From Fistulifera solaris (Eukaryota): 64,000 bases of DNA. The position numbers and the translations under genes are program-made. Shown piece by piece: positions 22,442-35,240 of this stretch. The notes beneath the pieces were generated by a model. The model was not told the origin of the DNA. It did not search any database and worked only from the letters and a program-made list of their open reading frames with translations. The stretch spans positions 1,922,001 through 1,986,000 of the forward strand of contig AP026123.1 of assembly GCA_030295235.1 (NCBI GenBank), written 5' to 3'. Within the stretch, counting starts at the first letter, position 1; the number at the start of each line of letters is the position of its first letter.

Positions 22442-24059
22442 TTAATACTCTTCGCCACCAGCATCGTCACCGGTATCCGCACCGACTTCCTCGTAGTCCT
22501 TCTCCAACGCCGCCAAATCCTCACGGGCTTCAGAGAACTCACCCTCCTCCATACCTTCCCCGACATACCAGTGGACAAAGGCACGCTTGGCGTACATGAG
22601 ATCGAACTTGTGATCGATGCGGCTCAAGGCTTCGGCGATTGCCGTGGTGTTGGCCACCATGCACACGGCACGCTTCAAGGCAGCCAAGTCACCTCCCGGA
22701 ACTTCCATCGGCGGCTGGTAGTTGATACCGCACTTGAATCCGGTGGGGCACCAGTCGACGAACTGAATGGTACGCTTGGTCTTGATGGTAGCAACGGCCG
22801 CGTTGACGTCCTTGGGGACAACGTCTCCACGGTACATGAGGCAGCAGGCCATGTACTTTCCGTGACGAGGATCGCACTTGGTCATCATGCTCGAGGGCTC
22901 AAAGACAGAGTTGGTGATTTCGGCAACCGAAAGAGACTCGTGGAAAGCCTTCTCGGCCGAAATGACGGGAGCGTAAGAGGTCAACATGAAGTGGATACGA
23001 GGGTAAGGAACCAAGTTGGTCTGGAACTCGGTAACATCGACGTTGAGGGCTCCATCGAAACGAAGGGAAGCAGTCAAGGAAGAGATAACCTGAGCAATCA
23101 ATCGGTTCAAGTTGGTGTAGGTGGGAGTCTCGATATCCAAGTTGCGACGGCAGACATCATAGAGCGCTTCGTTGTCGAGGCAGAAGGTGCAGTCCGTGTG
23201 CTCCAAAAGGGCGTGCGTCGACAAGACGGAGTTGTAGGGCTCAACGACCGCAGTAGAGACTTGCGGAGAGGGAGAGACGGCGAACGAAAGCTTGCTCTTG
23301 CGACCATAGTCAACCGAGAGGCGCTCCAAGAGGAGACTGCCAAGACCCGAGCCAGTACCACCACCAGTAGCATGGAAGACCAAGAAACCCTGCAGACCGG
23401 TGCAGTTGTCGGCAAGCTTGCGGATGCGATCGAGGACGAGGTCGACAATTTCCTTGCCCGTGGTGTAGTGACCACGAGCGTAGTTGTTGGCAGCATCCTC
23501 CTTTCCGTTAATGATCTGCTCCGGGTGGTACAACTGGCGGTAAGCTCCCGAGCGCACTTCGTCACAGACCGTGGGCTCGAGATCGACGTAAACGGCACGG
23601 GGGACGTGCTTTCCCGAAGATGTCTCGCTAAAAAGGTGTTGAAACTGTCATCCGAGCTACCGATGCTCTTGTCGTTGGGCTGTAGTAGTAATTGAGAGAA
23701 GCGTGAGGTATCTGGATCCTAAGGACTTGATAGACGAGCTACTATTTCACAGCAACGTACCATATCACCATCCGGCGTGATGCCGTGCTCAAGGCAGTAA
23801 AGTTCCCAGCACTGGTTTCCAGTCTGGATACCAGCCTGACCCAAGTGGAGCGAAATGCATTCTGAAAAGGAAATACAATGTAAGAATAGTATGTGAGTGC
23901 TTTTGATTTCAAATGACAAAATAGTCATCCTGCCGATCTGCGCTGTAGACTCTCGTAGAAAATGTACCAAGGACGGCGGTCCGTCATTTTTAGTGCTCGT
24001 CGCCGTTGTAACGAGTTTAGCAGCCAAACACGCAAGTGAATGTACCACTTACCACGCAT
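22442..24059 (-). CDS. TUA: Alpha-tubulin; introns about 23862-24052 and 23680-23760; homopolymer shift about 23630
   Basis: [22 protein letters not shown] and C-terminal EEY. Confidence 0.98.
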
Positions 24060-24465
24060 GATGTTCAAGTAAAGCTACAAAGAAAAAAGCAACGAAAGTA
24101 AAAAGACAATGGAAGCAAACTCTCACGACAAGAATTGCACCAAAGATTTGTGTTGTGTGCCTTTGCGTTGCTGCTGCTGCGGCCTCTCGTCGGAGCCGCT
24201 TCACGCAAATAACGCAGGGAAATTTTTTCGACTTTGCTGTGTCGCAGTTCCTTCCGACTATGGACTACGTAGTATCTCATAGAGTGTACTTGGCGGTGTC
24301 GTGTAGATGCCGTCATGTTCAGGAACCAAATTCACACTCGTGACTCATTGAGAAATCCGCGTGCTTCGGTCTGCTTCGTGCATTTCATTGCAGGTCAAGG
24401 CGCAGTATTTGAACCATTATCAACAAACTATCCATACAAACAAATATAATTTAGCCGGTCGAAGA

Positions 24466-25200
24466 ATGAATTCTATCGGACAACAGCTCGAAAGCTACTT
24501 AGCCAGCGGCAATCAAGAAGAAGCCAAGACGCTGCTCAATCAGGTCAAACTCGCTCTCCTCACGCAGCCTCTCGATGTGAATGAACGAGCGCAAGCAGTG
24601 GCGGCGCTCGAAATCGGTGTATTATTAGCCATTCAAGCGGAAGATCTCGACTTGTTTGGCAGAACGGTGGCTTTGATTCAACCCTACTACTCAAAAGACG
24701 GCCCGACAACGCCGCGACGATTGCTTGTCATCGGATTGCATCTTATGCATCTGCTCGTCGAAAATCGTCTTAGTGAGTTCCATTCACAGCTGGAGCTTTT
24801 GACGGAAGAAGAGGCGGCTACACCGTTTATTAGCTTTCCCGTGGGTCTCGAACGGCAGTTGATGGTGGGAATTTACGATGAAATTTTGGCCGTGACGGCA
24901 CCAGACGCTTCGTATCAAATCTTTCTCGATTTGACGGTACAGACGGTGCGAGATGCCATCGCCGACTGCATGGAAGTCTCGTACGAGTCACTTACGACGA
25001 AACAAGCTGCGGAAATTATGAAATTCGACTCGACACAAGAACTCGTTGATTACGTTCAAGAATCGAGGGACGACTGGATCTTGCAAGGCGACGTCCTGAC
25101 ATTCCAACCCGTAGCGTCTTCCGGAGCACAAGATATTCCTTCTATGGAGTGGATCGAGCAATCGCTCACGTACGCTACAGAAATGGAACGCATTGTTTAA
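24466..25200 (+). CDS. RPN12: 26S proteasome lid subunit RPN12/PSMD8
   Basis: GLHLMHLLVENRLSEFHSQLELL, LERQLMVG.Y, YATEMERIV. Confidence 0.93.
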   Translation: MNSIGQQLESYLASGNQEEAKTLLNQVKLALLTQPLDVNERAQAVAALEIGVLLAIQAEDLDLFGRTVALIQPYYSKDGPTTPRRLLVIGLHLMHLLVENRLSEFHSQLELLTEEEAATPFISFPVGLERQLMVGIYDEILAVTAPDASYQIFLDLTVQTVRDAIADCMEVSYESLTTKQAAEIMKFDSTQELVDYVQESRDDWILQGDVLTFQPVASSGAQDIPSMEWIEQSLTYATEMERIV

Positions 25201-25289
25201 AAAGTAATTTCTATAGTAACTCATCTTTCTTGGCGTTTTAAGCAAATTGACGCCTGCTGTTCATGAATGCAACAAATGTACATGTGGTT

Positions 25290-26085
25290 TTACTTGTCTG
25301 ATCGGCCACAAAATACTTCGGTTGTAAAAATCACTGGTGATGAAACGGTCACACTCAGCGGGATGCCGTTTGGTTCGTTTATTTCCTGCGCGATGCGATT
25401 CGAGGTCGAGACCATACCGTTGAATGAAGATGGATAGTCGGTCAGATTCCACTCGAAACCAGTTAGCGTCATAGACTCACATGGTGCTCCGAGTGGAATG
25501 ATGCCGCACGTTTGCCCCTCACCAACATGAATTGTAGTGTCTCCTGACAAGGGTGGTAACGCTAACTCGATATGATTTTCAACATGAGCTGGAAGTAGAA
25601 ACGCCATAGTATAATCGTCGTACAGCCAAAGAGATTGCAGCTTCGGTTCCTCTGCCCACTGATACAATCGGCTCATCGAAGCCATGACTTGATCGAACCG
25701 TCCACCAAATGCCCCGAAAACACAGCACTGACTACATTCATAATCATTCACCGCTGCTAAAAGGGCCTTTTCTAAATCATTCTTGTCCTGATCATAAAAT
25801 TTTCGAATGGTCACACCCATCTTCTCGTAATGCTCTCGCGTTTCAGATGTCAAGGAATCCAAATCCCCGACAACCAAATCGGGTGTCCACTGGGGCTGTG
25901 CAGCACGCAAGCGATTGGCTCCTCCATCGGCACAGATGCGTACTTGAGCTGAATTCCATAACTGTGTGAACAAAGGACTCGGCTCGTCGCCGAGGGGGGC
26001 TGTTTAGGATGATGAGGGCTCGTTTGTGCGCCGAAGCAAGTAAAGGACTTTTGTGATAAACAATCGGGCGTTCATTCGTCGACAT
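25290..26085 (-). CDS. TPK1: Thiamine pyrophosphokinase (frameshift in the C-run near 25995)
   Basis: ALIILN, CADGGAN, GDLDS, DQD.NDLEKAL, GGRFDQ, CG.IP.G, STSN all intact. Confidence 0.93.
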
Positions 26086-27595
26086 GATAGTAGCTGTATC
26101 CTTTCTCGAACGAGTGAACGGTTGGGAAGTCAAAGACGAGAACTCGACGTGAGCGGATTCGGATTCTTCTCGAACCCTTTCAAAGCAATGGGTATGAGAG
26201 AACCCACCTGCTATAAGTTTCGAATATCTTCTTGGGATTTTTGCAAGGAAGTAATAACTCTGTTTCTCGATCGAAACAAATGTTTGTCGGCTTTCTTGCG
26301 CAATTGCCCTTTTAATTTTTTGCAAGAAAAAGTTAAACTAATTATTTAATTCCTAATTTTCCTAAAATGCGGATGCATTTTGACACTCAAGTGAATTTTC
26401 CACTGGTTTTTCTCTTTTGTCACATTTCTTTCAGAAAATTCGATTTCTGAATCACTGTACCACAGTATTGCCCTTTTAATTGGTTTGAGATACTATAAGG
26501 CCAAGGCTGCTAGAGAAGTGTCTGCTTTCAACCGTTCTCGATATTCCTGTATGCGCAGTTGCTGTACAAATCTAAGCAGTGCGACATAGATGGACAAAAC
26601 AACTTTCGACAAGGACCATTCACCGTGTAATTATCGCGTTAAATTGGTTGCCCTTTGTTCGTCATGATTGTCATGAAAGCATGTTCTTCTTCCTATTGAG
26701 CACCGGAAGTCTCTTTTATTGTCTTTTGTGAAGCTTAAGTGGTAAGGGGTAAGGAGTCATTTCTTAACAAATAGTAGTCAAGCGAAGATGGGCACTGAAA
26801 CGAAGCCGTCCTTGAAAAGCAACTTAGGCGTGTGGTGACTTTCAAATTAAATTTGATCATTACTCTTACACACGTCGTTTTACAGAAGCTATGACATATT
26901 GAATTGAATGTAAACTTTTTGTCGATTTACAACTGGGTAGAAGCCGAGGCCATGGACTAGCAGGAGGGCATTTTGAGAAAGCCTCGAGACGATGCTTAGA
27001 TATTGCCGTGGGTCCTTATTGGCCAACGATGTTGCTTTAGACGTTTGCACGTCTAGGATTTTGGAAAGAAATCCGAATCGGGGCGCATAATGAGTCGGTA
27101 AGTATTCGACCAGCTCGACGAAACTGAACCGTCGTTCGGGTGGATGCTTCTTTCTCATGGGCATCTTTTTCTCGGTAGATCTTGAGAGCATTGTGTCTAA
27201 TTTGTATTCACTTGTCTTTCTGCTCCTACACTGTAGCATCGCCACCGGAACGTACATGGCTGTGAAATTTATTGCATCTGGTAAACGGAAACACAGAACT
27301 TTGCGAGCAATGAACAAAACCATATTCAAGCTCCTTCCTTAACTATTAGGCACTGTAAAGCGCCGCACACCTTCTCATTCTGAATTCGAGAAAGCTGCAC
27401 TGCTAAAGTAGCGTGTAACAGCTGTCTTCGCCATATTTTCATCGGCAAAGCCGTTTATCGTTTTTATATTTGAGATCAAATGGACGTGAAACTAGATCAT
27501 CGGTGTTACTACTGGACTTATATAAATTTATATAGACAGATGAACGACGCAAAAGTCTATTTAGACAGAGGTACATGATCCTCCGCATCGCGACC

Positions 27596-29204
27596 TTATA
27601 CAGACGAATCGTCATTCTTGCTGCCGCTGTCCATTTGGTTCGGCGTGACAATTCGCTTCGGTCGCTTTGGCGGGAAATCACATTTCTCGGTATTCGCTGT
27701 TGCACGCGCGAAAGTTCGGTTTATCGTTGCTTTGCCTGCGGCGCGGTCCAAAGCAAGCTTCTTCTTCGAACGACGCCACCTTCGGATTCTTCGCTTTTGC
27801 AGTGCGATTGCTTTCTCTCTTCGAACGCTCCTTTCTATCGATCGCGTTGACGGTTCCATATCTTCGTTTTCTGATCTTGCCCTCTTTTTGCCTTCCATGT
27901 CAACGACAAATGTCTCCAAGTTTACTTCTGGCGTGTCATCCTTTTCACCGTCGTCGCAATGCCCCCAGAAACGACAAAAGTCAATGCCATCCAGTTGTTC
28001 TAGAGATGCGAATCCCTCACCAGAGTGATCAACCTTGCGTTCTTTTACCTCCACTGACGTTACGGTGCTAGCACCAGCATCGAAATTTAAGATGCCCTCA
28101 AAAGTCTCGCTCTCTTGTGCCCAAGAAACTGCTGATTCCGTCTCCGCGCTTCCTTTTGATGCTACACCTTTGAATAAACCTTTTCTGGATGGTGAACATA
28201 CTTCCGTACGAGCTCGAAGTGGATTTAGCAACCGCACGGATTTGTCTTCCGCAAGTTGACGTTGGTCCATGAGAGACGGCTGGTCAACAAACCGCTGGCT
28301 ATTAGTCTTTCCTCTCCGGGGTGTGCCCGTTTGGTCAAAACTGCCTTTACCCTCCGAAATTAATTCGTTGTTCGTGTTGCGCTCCTTTTCAGCGATTGTG
28401 GAGCTTCGTGTTTTCATTTTGCAAGCTGATTCGGACGATGATAGAGAATTCGTAGCATGGCGTTTTTGCGCGCAGCAGACTGTGTAGACCATACAAAACC
28501 TATTTCATTCAGTTGCTCCTCTCTGTCGGCTCTCATCTTGTTCTGTCTCTTCACTTGTCGTTGTCGCCTCATCCAATCGTACAGGTCTTTGTCTTTCGAT
28601 TGTTTGACATCCATGTGCCCATTTTCCAATTTGTAGGTAACAAGTCGCTGGTAATATTCATCCCAATCGTCGCGAACATCCCAGACAAATCCTATCTGAT
28701 CCATCAGCTCCTTCCTGTTGCTCAACAATTTTCCATTTCTCTTCTTATATCGTTGTTTGGTGATCCATTCGCACAACTCGTTATCGTCGTTAGCCGTGAC
28801 CATCGTGTGCCCCTGAGCCTTTCTGAAAACAAGGAGCCGCTGGTACATGTGGTTCCAAGCCTTATCGTATTTGCTTTCTTTTTGGTAATATTACGAGTAT
28901 TGGCGATTGGTGAACACCAGTCGAAGGATAAATCATTCAAAAGAGCTTCGCGATCTCGGCGCAGGTTGCCGGCACGTTGAGAGGATTGTTGCGTGGTAAC
29001 CCAAGTGTGCAATGACTCGTGGACGTCAACATTGGGGACATTACAATGCCCGTTCGCCTTGTGAAACACAGTAAGCTTTTTGTACATCTTCATCCAAATT
29101 TTGTCGTCACGAGACGTCGTTTCGTGCCGAACTTCAAGCACATCACCATTGTTCTCAGGTGCTGCAAACGACGATTCATCCGAAGTATAGTCTAGTAAAT
29201 CCAT
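27596..29204 (-). CDS. HA-domain protein copy 1 (3 HA repeats, degenerate Tudor-like segment, basic tail); frameshifts about 28866 and 28468
   Basis: Repeats of W...Y..L..F....GH..V......L..W...QR......L...R...L..IGF.W across ORFs 28722, 28414 and 27596. Confidence 0.8.
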
Positions 29205-30049
29205 TTTGAAGCTGATAAACAAGAAAGAATTGATTGTGCAAGGCGTTGTAACGCATGTTGCGGAAGAACGCCGCTGCAGCGGGCGGCTTGCCGCTTGTTC
29301 CCGCTCATCGCATGGACATCGACTGATTTTCTCTCGCACTACTTTCAACGTGAGAGTACAAGTACCGGATGCACATTTTCTCGGTCATCGCATTAGAACG
29401 CTTCGCCGACGTCATCAATCTAAGGTCGCAATAAGTCGCGAATATCATATTACCACATCACGGCATCCCAATGGGGAAAAATCAAACTCTCAGAATCCGT
29501 TAGGAAGGAGATGAACCCAATTGTACTTGCAGCAGCTTCGTATAGCAAGTTCTCAAATTTCCGTCCTACTGTCTCGGATAACGCGTGGCATGACTTTACA
29601 ATCTTCTTAAGCGCGCTCTCGTGAAGTAGACCTAGCGGATAATAAAAGGAGAACAAGAAACTCTCGTTTGCTCACATGATTCATTTCGTTGTCGTTCTTT
29701 ATCCGTAGATGCGTCTGTCTTTCCTCCCTGATTTGGTTATTCTGAAGACAAGTTTGCTTTAAACGCTTGCGAGGTTCGCATTATGACAAGTAGAACTGCT
29801 CGAATGCGATTGGCTTATGAAATCATCGGCGACTTTTCTTTGCCGAGGTTTGGAACTGAAATTTAGTTGAGTGCTCGACGTCGTTCATTACAGACCCTTC
29901 AACTTATCAGAAACAAATACTCCGGAGTATCAGGTTAACCGATCGACTCATCACACGGATCTTGCACTGATGAATGCGCCACAGTAGATTAAGTGGTTAT
30001 CAGATTTTATTCAATACCTTCAGTGTCATAGGTATCTTAGGGCGCTCCA

Positions 30050-30430
30050 AATATTGTGATTCTGCACGTTTGCCCCTCTGTCATACGCTTTGTAGAGGTA
30101 GACAATTCGCTTCAATTTCGCGACATGAGATGGAAGTGGAAAAGACTTGACCCATCGTCGTACAGCCATGCGATTCGTAGAGGTACTGCTAATTCGCTTC
30201 GATTTTGCGACATGAGCTGGAAGTGGAAAAGCCTTGGCCCATCGTCGTACAGCCATAAAAACTGCAACTTCGGTTCCTCCGCCCAATGTTACGACCGGCT
30301 CGTCCATGCCATAACTTGATCTAGCCGTCCTCCGCATGCTCAGAAAATCTGCACTCAATAAACATTCTTGTTCTGATCGTATAATCGTCAAATAATGGTC
30401 ACACCATCGTCTCATAATGCTCGAGTACCA
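30050..30430 (-). pseudogene. Degenerate TPK fragment with an internal ~87-bp duplication
   Basis: Nucleotide matches to TPK1 (ACATGAGCTGGAAGT, CTTCGGTTCCTC, GCCAT.ACTTGAT, CCATCGTCTC.TAATGCTCG). Confidence 0.75.
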
Positions 30431-30589
30431 TCAGCACTTTGTATAGCATCTTATTTCCGCCCCACTCGGAGAAAGCTTCAAACAATTCTAAGTCTTCTAG
30501 ACAGGATCTTTTGAATTGGCGAAATTGCATTTGAAAACAGGACAATTTGCGGGTGCAACTCGTTTTCTCCTCCTTTAAAGCTTACGCGA

Positions 30590-31260
30590 TTCCTCCTTGG
30601 TTGATTGCCAGAAAGTAGAAAATGTTCGTAACGCTGCCAGCAATCGCGCACTCGATACAGCTACCGCATTGATACCTGGCAGATTGACGAACGTCTCTAA
30701 CCATCAAATTAGATTTTACAACCGAATGAGAAACAGTTGTCGTTTCATTGTTTACCCTCAAATAGAAGCATCACCCTTCTTGCTTCTCCCACCAAACCAG
30801 CTCTCGGCTCTCGTATTGACGAACTGACCGCAGCAGGGTATAGCATAAAAAAATAAGCAGCACCAAGGGTTCCATTTCAACAGCAAGTCTTGAACCGGAC
30901 ACTCAAATCTGGTGAGACAAAGTGAACCATATAGCAACAATCTAGTAAACCAGAAACCCTCTTTTGGTTCCGATAAATGAACGACAGCGCTCTCAATAAA
31001 ACTTGAACGCCGATCTTAAACTATGAACCGGATGCCGTGTGCTTACCAGCTAGATCGAACGAAGTGTCGGTCATGATCGCCGACTGATCCAACATCACCG
31101 ATGATGCAACACCGTGCGATCTTCCATAGAGCTATAACGAACACACTTGGGCAAGGTTCAATAATGCTGGTGTTTACGAACGCATCTCCAAAAGTGTGAT
31201 CGATAACAAACGCTAACAACCTCATCAAATTAATCTGCGTTCGCCATCGGTCCACCATCT
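30590..31260 (-). pseudogene. Decayed remnant of an unknown, probably membrane-protein gene (array unit 1)
   Basis: Homologous to 35410-36180 and 39400-40193 (CCGQFVNTRA.SWF.GRS, FVNLPGI); broken frames. Confidence 0.5.
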
Positions 31261-31799
31261 CTTTTTTCGTTTATTGGAACGTTGTCGCGCTCGCCGAGGA
31301 TCCGGCTTTTCGGGGGGATTGAATCATGACCATTAGGGACCGACATATAGTAGCTTCATTACTGTACTCAGCCTTGGGCAGTGCGACGTTCTTCAACGAA
31401 AACAAGGTTTCGACAAAAACACTTTCGCGACAAAATGGTCGCTTTTTGCTCGTTAACATTGTTATACATAGTATGTCTTCTTTTTACCGAGCACGGCAAG
31501 GCTCTTTGATTGTCTATTGTGAAGCTTATATGGTGATGGCGAAGGGGAAAAGCACATCTTTGTAATTTGATTTACAAACCAAGATCGGCACTATAACGAA
31601 GACGAATGTGAAAGCAACAGACGGTTTTTATATTGACTGAAACTCGATTAAATCCGCTTTCATTTGTCTATCCGATGATTAGACACAAATGGATGGATCG
31701 TGTTTAACTGTCAGTCTCAAAATTATTTTTGACCAGAAGGTGATTTGAGACCTTCCATCAATTTGATAGGAAATGTACACTGGTCACCCCCATGACATG

Positions 31800-32185
31800 A
31801 TCGCGTGTACTATGAGCCAACCAGCGAAGATCTTGACTTCCGTCTGCAAGAACAATGAATTTTACAAAATGTGATATTCAAAGACGTCCCATAACGCTGC
31901 CGCGATTTCTCGTCATCGATTGCATCTGATGCATGTGCTCGCCAATTATTTTTGTAGTCACAACGAGTCATTTACGCGAAACCGGCTGCGAGAACTATAA
32001 AGCTGATTCAATACAAGAACTGACTAAAGGAGATTACAGGTACTGGCCGAGGAATGACTGGATCTTGCAGGGCGACGTCCTGACATGTAAACCATGGCGC
32101 CTCCTAGGAGACACGGCATTCCTTCTATGGAGCGGACCGACCGTTTTGCTCACATCTTGCTACAGCAATAGAGCATATTGTGTCA
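31800..32185 (+). pseudogene. Deleted RPN12 duplicate
   Basis: Collinear blocks match RPN12, e.g. GATTGCATCT.ATGCAT.TGCTCG and GACTGGATCTTGCA.GGCGACGTCCTGACAT (DWILQGDVLT). Confidence 0.85.
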
Positions 32186-32287
32186 ATGTAAGAAAACTAA
32201 AATATATACGGGGTAAATTATCTTTCTTGGCGATTCAAGCCTCTAGACATGCCCTTCTCGTAAATGCAACACGTATACACATGCTGG

Positions 32288-34526
32288 CTACTCTTCTGAT
32301 TTGCCACAAAAGACTTCCGCTTTGAAAATCACAGGTGAAGAAACGGTCACACTGAGTGGGATCCCGTTCGGAACGTTTACTTCTTGTGCGATTCGATTCG
32401 AAAATGGAACGATATGATGAAGCGAAAAAGAAGAGTAGGTCGGGTTCCGTTCAAAACCAGTTAGTGTCATGGATTCACACGGTGCTCCGAGTGGTATGAT
32501 GCCGCACGTTTGCCCCTCACCAACATGTTTCGAAGAGTCTCCTGACAATGGCGGTAACGCTAATTCAATACGATTCTCAACATGAGCTGGAACTAGAAAT
32601 GCCATGGTGGAGTTGTCGTATAGCCAAAGCGATTGCAGTTTCGGTTCCTCTGCCCAATGATACAACCGGCTCATCGAAGCCATGACTTGATCAAACCCGC
32701 CACTTAATGCCCCGAATACACAGCACTGACTGCAGTCATAATCATACACCGCTGCCAGAAGGGCCATTTCTACATCATCCTTGCTGCTCCGAACAACAAC
32801 CTCTTGAATAGCCACACCCAATGTCTTGTAATGTTCTCGTGTTTTGGATGTCAACGAACGCAAATCACTGACAATCACGTCGGGCTTCCAAAGCGGATGA
32901 GCAACACGCATCCGATTGGCTCCACCACCGACACAGATGCGAACCCGAGCCGAGTTCCACAAACGTTCGAACAAAGGGCTCGATTCGTCACCGAGGCCGA
33001 GGGGACTGTCATGGATGACGAGAGCTCGTTTGTTGTCTGAGTCAAGAAGGGGACTTCTATGAACAACAAATGGGCGTTCGTCCTGTGCCACCATTTTCAG
33101 ACGATCATGACGAAGGAACATTTGACGCTTGATGGGAAGCAACAAACCCGATTTCCTTTCCTGGTCCAGGAAAGATGACTGATCCTTCCCCATTGCTTGA
33201 CTATCTTCTTCCGTGTGCTTGACTTGGTTGGTGTGCTCGACTTGGTCCGGTGAAACATTTCGCGTGGACTGCTTTGGCGGTGTATTACTCTCTTCGGTCA
33301 TCGCTTTTGCACGCGAAGAAGATCGATTTGCTTGAGTCTCCACGCGATCGTTGGACACATTCTTCTGCGATTTTGCAGTCGACTCTACAACCGGTACCAC
33401 GTTCGATTTCTGCTCTTGTGCAGTTGGATTCGCTTCACTGCTGTCAAGCGCTTGTTTCTTCACTCGATTGGTCGACAACGAATCTTCTTTCGTTGCACGC
33501 TTTCGCTTGTTTGAAGTCTCGCTCTCTTGTTTCTCGATAATTGGCGACTCCGCCTCAAGGCTTCCTGTTGACTCTTCGTCTGACGCTGATCGCTTAGTGG
33601 ACCGCGCATGGGCTGTTGCATCCATTTCGATTAGATCAGGCAACGGCTTGGATTTGTCCTTCGGGCGCTCACGACGTTCAATGACGTTTTGGACCTCCAA
33701 AGGCTCGCTATCGTGCTTGTCAGAGATTACCGACTCGGTCTCGGCGCTTCCTGTTGATTCTTCTTCTGAGACCGAACCCTTCCCGGATCGCGAAACATCT
33801 GAAGTATCCTCTGCAGGTGCATCTTTAAATCGCGCCACTTTGTCTTGCGCGAGTTCACGGCGTTCCGAAAGAGAGCTCTGTTCGACTTTGCTCTTGGCAC
33901 TTCGTGTTTTGGTCTTGCGAGCTGGTTCAGATGATGAAAGAGACTCCGTATCTTTGGACTTTGAGGGCTCCACAGACTTGACAACCCACACAAACCCTAT
34001 TGCTTTCAATCGCTCCTCTCTTTTGGCTTTCAATGTCTTTTTCTTTCTTCTGTTGTCGTTGCTTTTTGATCCAATTGTAGAGCTTCTTGTATTCTTCGAC
34101 GTTAGCCGGAACCATCATGTGCTTATTTTCCTTGATGAAGGCAACGAGTTCATTATACATTATCTTCCAACGCTTGTCGTTATGGGTTTCTTCTTCGCCA
34201 CCACTAGGCTCGTCATTGGGCTTCGCGCTTGGCTTGGTGCTAGGTTTACTCCAATTCGAATCCAGCTCATTCAATAGGGTTTCACGATTGCGGGGTAGCT
34301 TGCCCGCAATTTGCAACGCTTGTTGTTGACTGGTCATCCACCAGAAAAGCAGTTCGTGTTCATCAACGTTGGGGATATGACCGTGCGCTTTGTGAAAAGC
34401 TTGGAGTTCTTGAAACTTCTCCATCCAAAGTTCGTCGTCGTGGGTCATTTCCTTTCGATTTTCCAACACATCTCCTTCGCTCTCAAGAGACACAGACGAT
34501 GCTTTTTTGTTTGATTTGCCACTCAT
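32288..34526 (-). CDS. Chimeric ORF: 2 HA domains, S/E/K-rich linker and divergent thiamine pyrophosphokinase domain (one frameshift about 34035)
   Basis: ORF 32288-34033 runs from an HA C-terminus (REERLKAIGFVW) without a stop into a full TPK paralogue. Confidence 0.75.
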
Positions 34527-34979
34527 TCTGTATTATCGATACCAGGTAATCGAAAATGAATTCAGTTTCGTTTGTGAGATGATTGTGCGTTGTGAGCCAT
34601 GCTGCGGAAGGATGGCGCTGCAGCGGCGGCTTGTTGCTTATTCCCGCTCCGGTCATGCATGCAATTGCAACGGTCATCCCCGATTGCGTTCGTGGCACCG
34701 TACTTCGAAGAATAGAGTGTGGGTACCGGATAAAGATTCTTTCAGTCGTGTCACGCTTTGTATTTCTCACCATCATTAATCTAAGGTTCCAAAACATCCA
34801 GTTATAACGACGCGGCATCCCCATTGAAAGAAACATGCTCCCGTTTGTTATCAGCAATCAAGTCAGAGAGAATTTGAACTAATTCGTACTTTCAACAAGT
34901 CTGCGTAGCAATATTATCCGTCTTTTCGTTTTACCACGTGCTGCGCTTCGTAGAGTCTCCCAAAATTGAAGGTTTTGCT

Positions 34980-35240
34980 AACTCGTTTCAAAATTGCGAC
35001 ATGAGCTGGAAGTGGAAAAGCCATGGTAAATCGTCGTTCAGCAAAACGAAATGCAGCTTCGGTTCCTCCGCCCATAATACGAACTGCTCGTCGATGCCAT
35101 AACTTGATTGTGCCGTTCACCGAATGCTCAATAAATACATTATTGATTGACGCCACTACCAGCAGGGTCATTTCTAAACCATTGATCGTAAAACAATCAG
35201 TTGTCACACCCATCGTCTCGTAATGCTCGAGTACCCGCAA
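34980..35240 (-). pseudogene. Degenerate TPK fragment (array unit 2)
   Basis: EHYETMGVT and TMAFPLPAHV match TPK1 EHYEKMGVT and TMAFLLPAHV. Confidence 0.75.

Noticed and set aside
22571..23695. 374-aa ORF antisense to alpha-tubulin
   Set aside because: Shadow ORF caused by the strong codon bias of tubulin
26889..27329. 146-aa ORF
   Set aside because: No recognisable motif; may be a relic but cannot be supported
33351..34277. 308-aa plus-strand ORF
   Set aside because: Antisense shadow of the low-complexity HA linker
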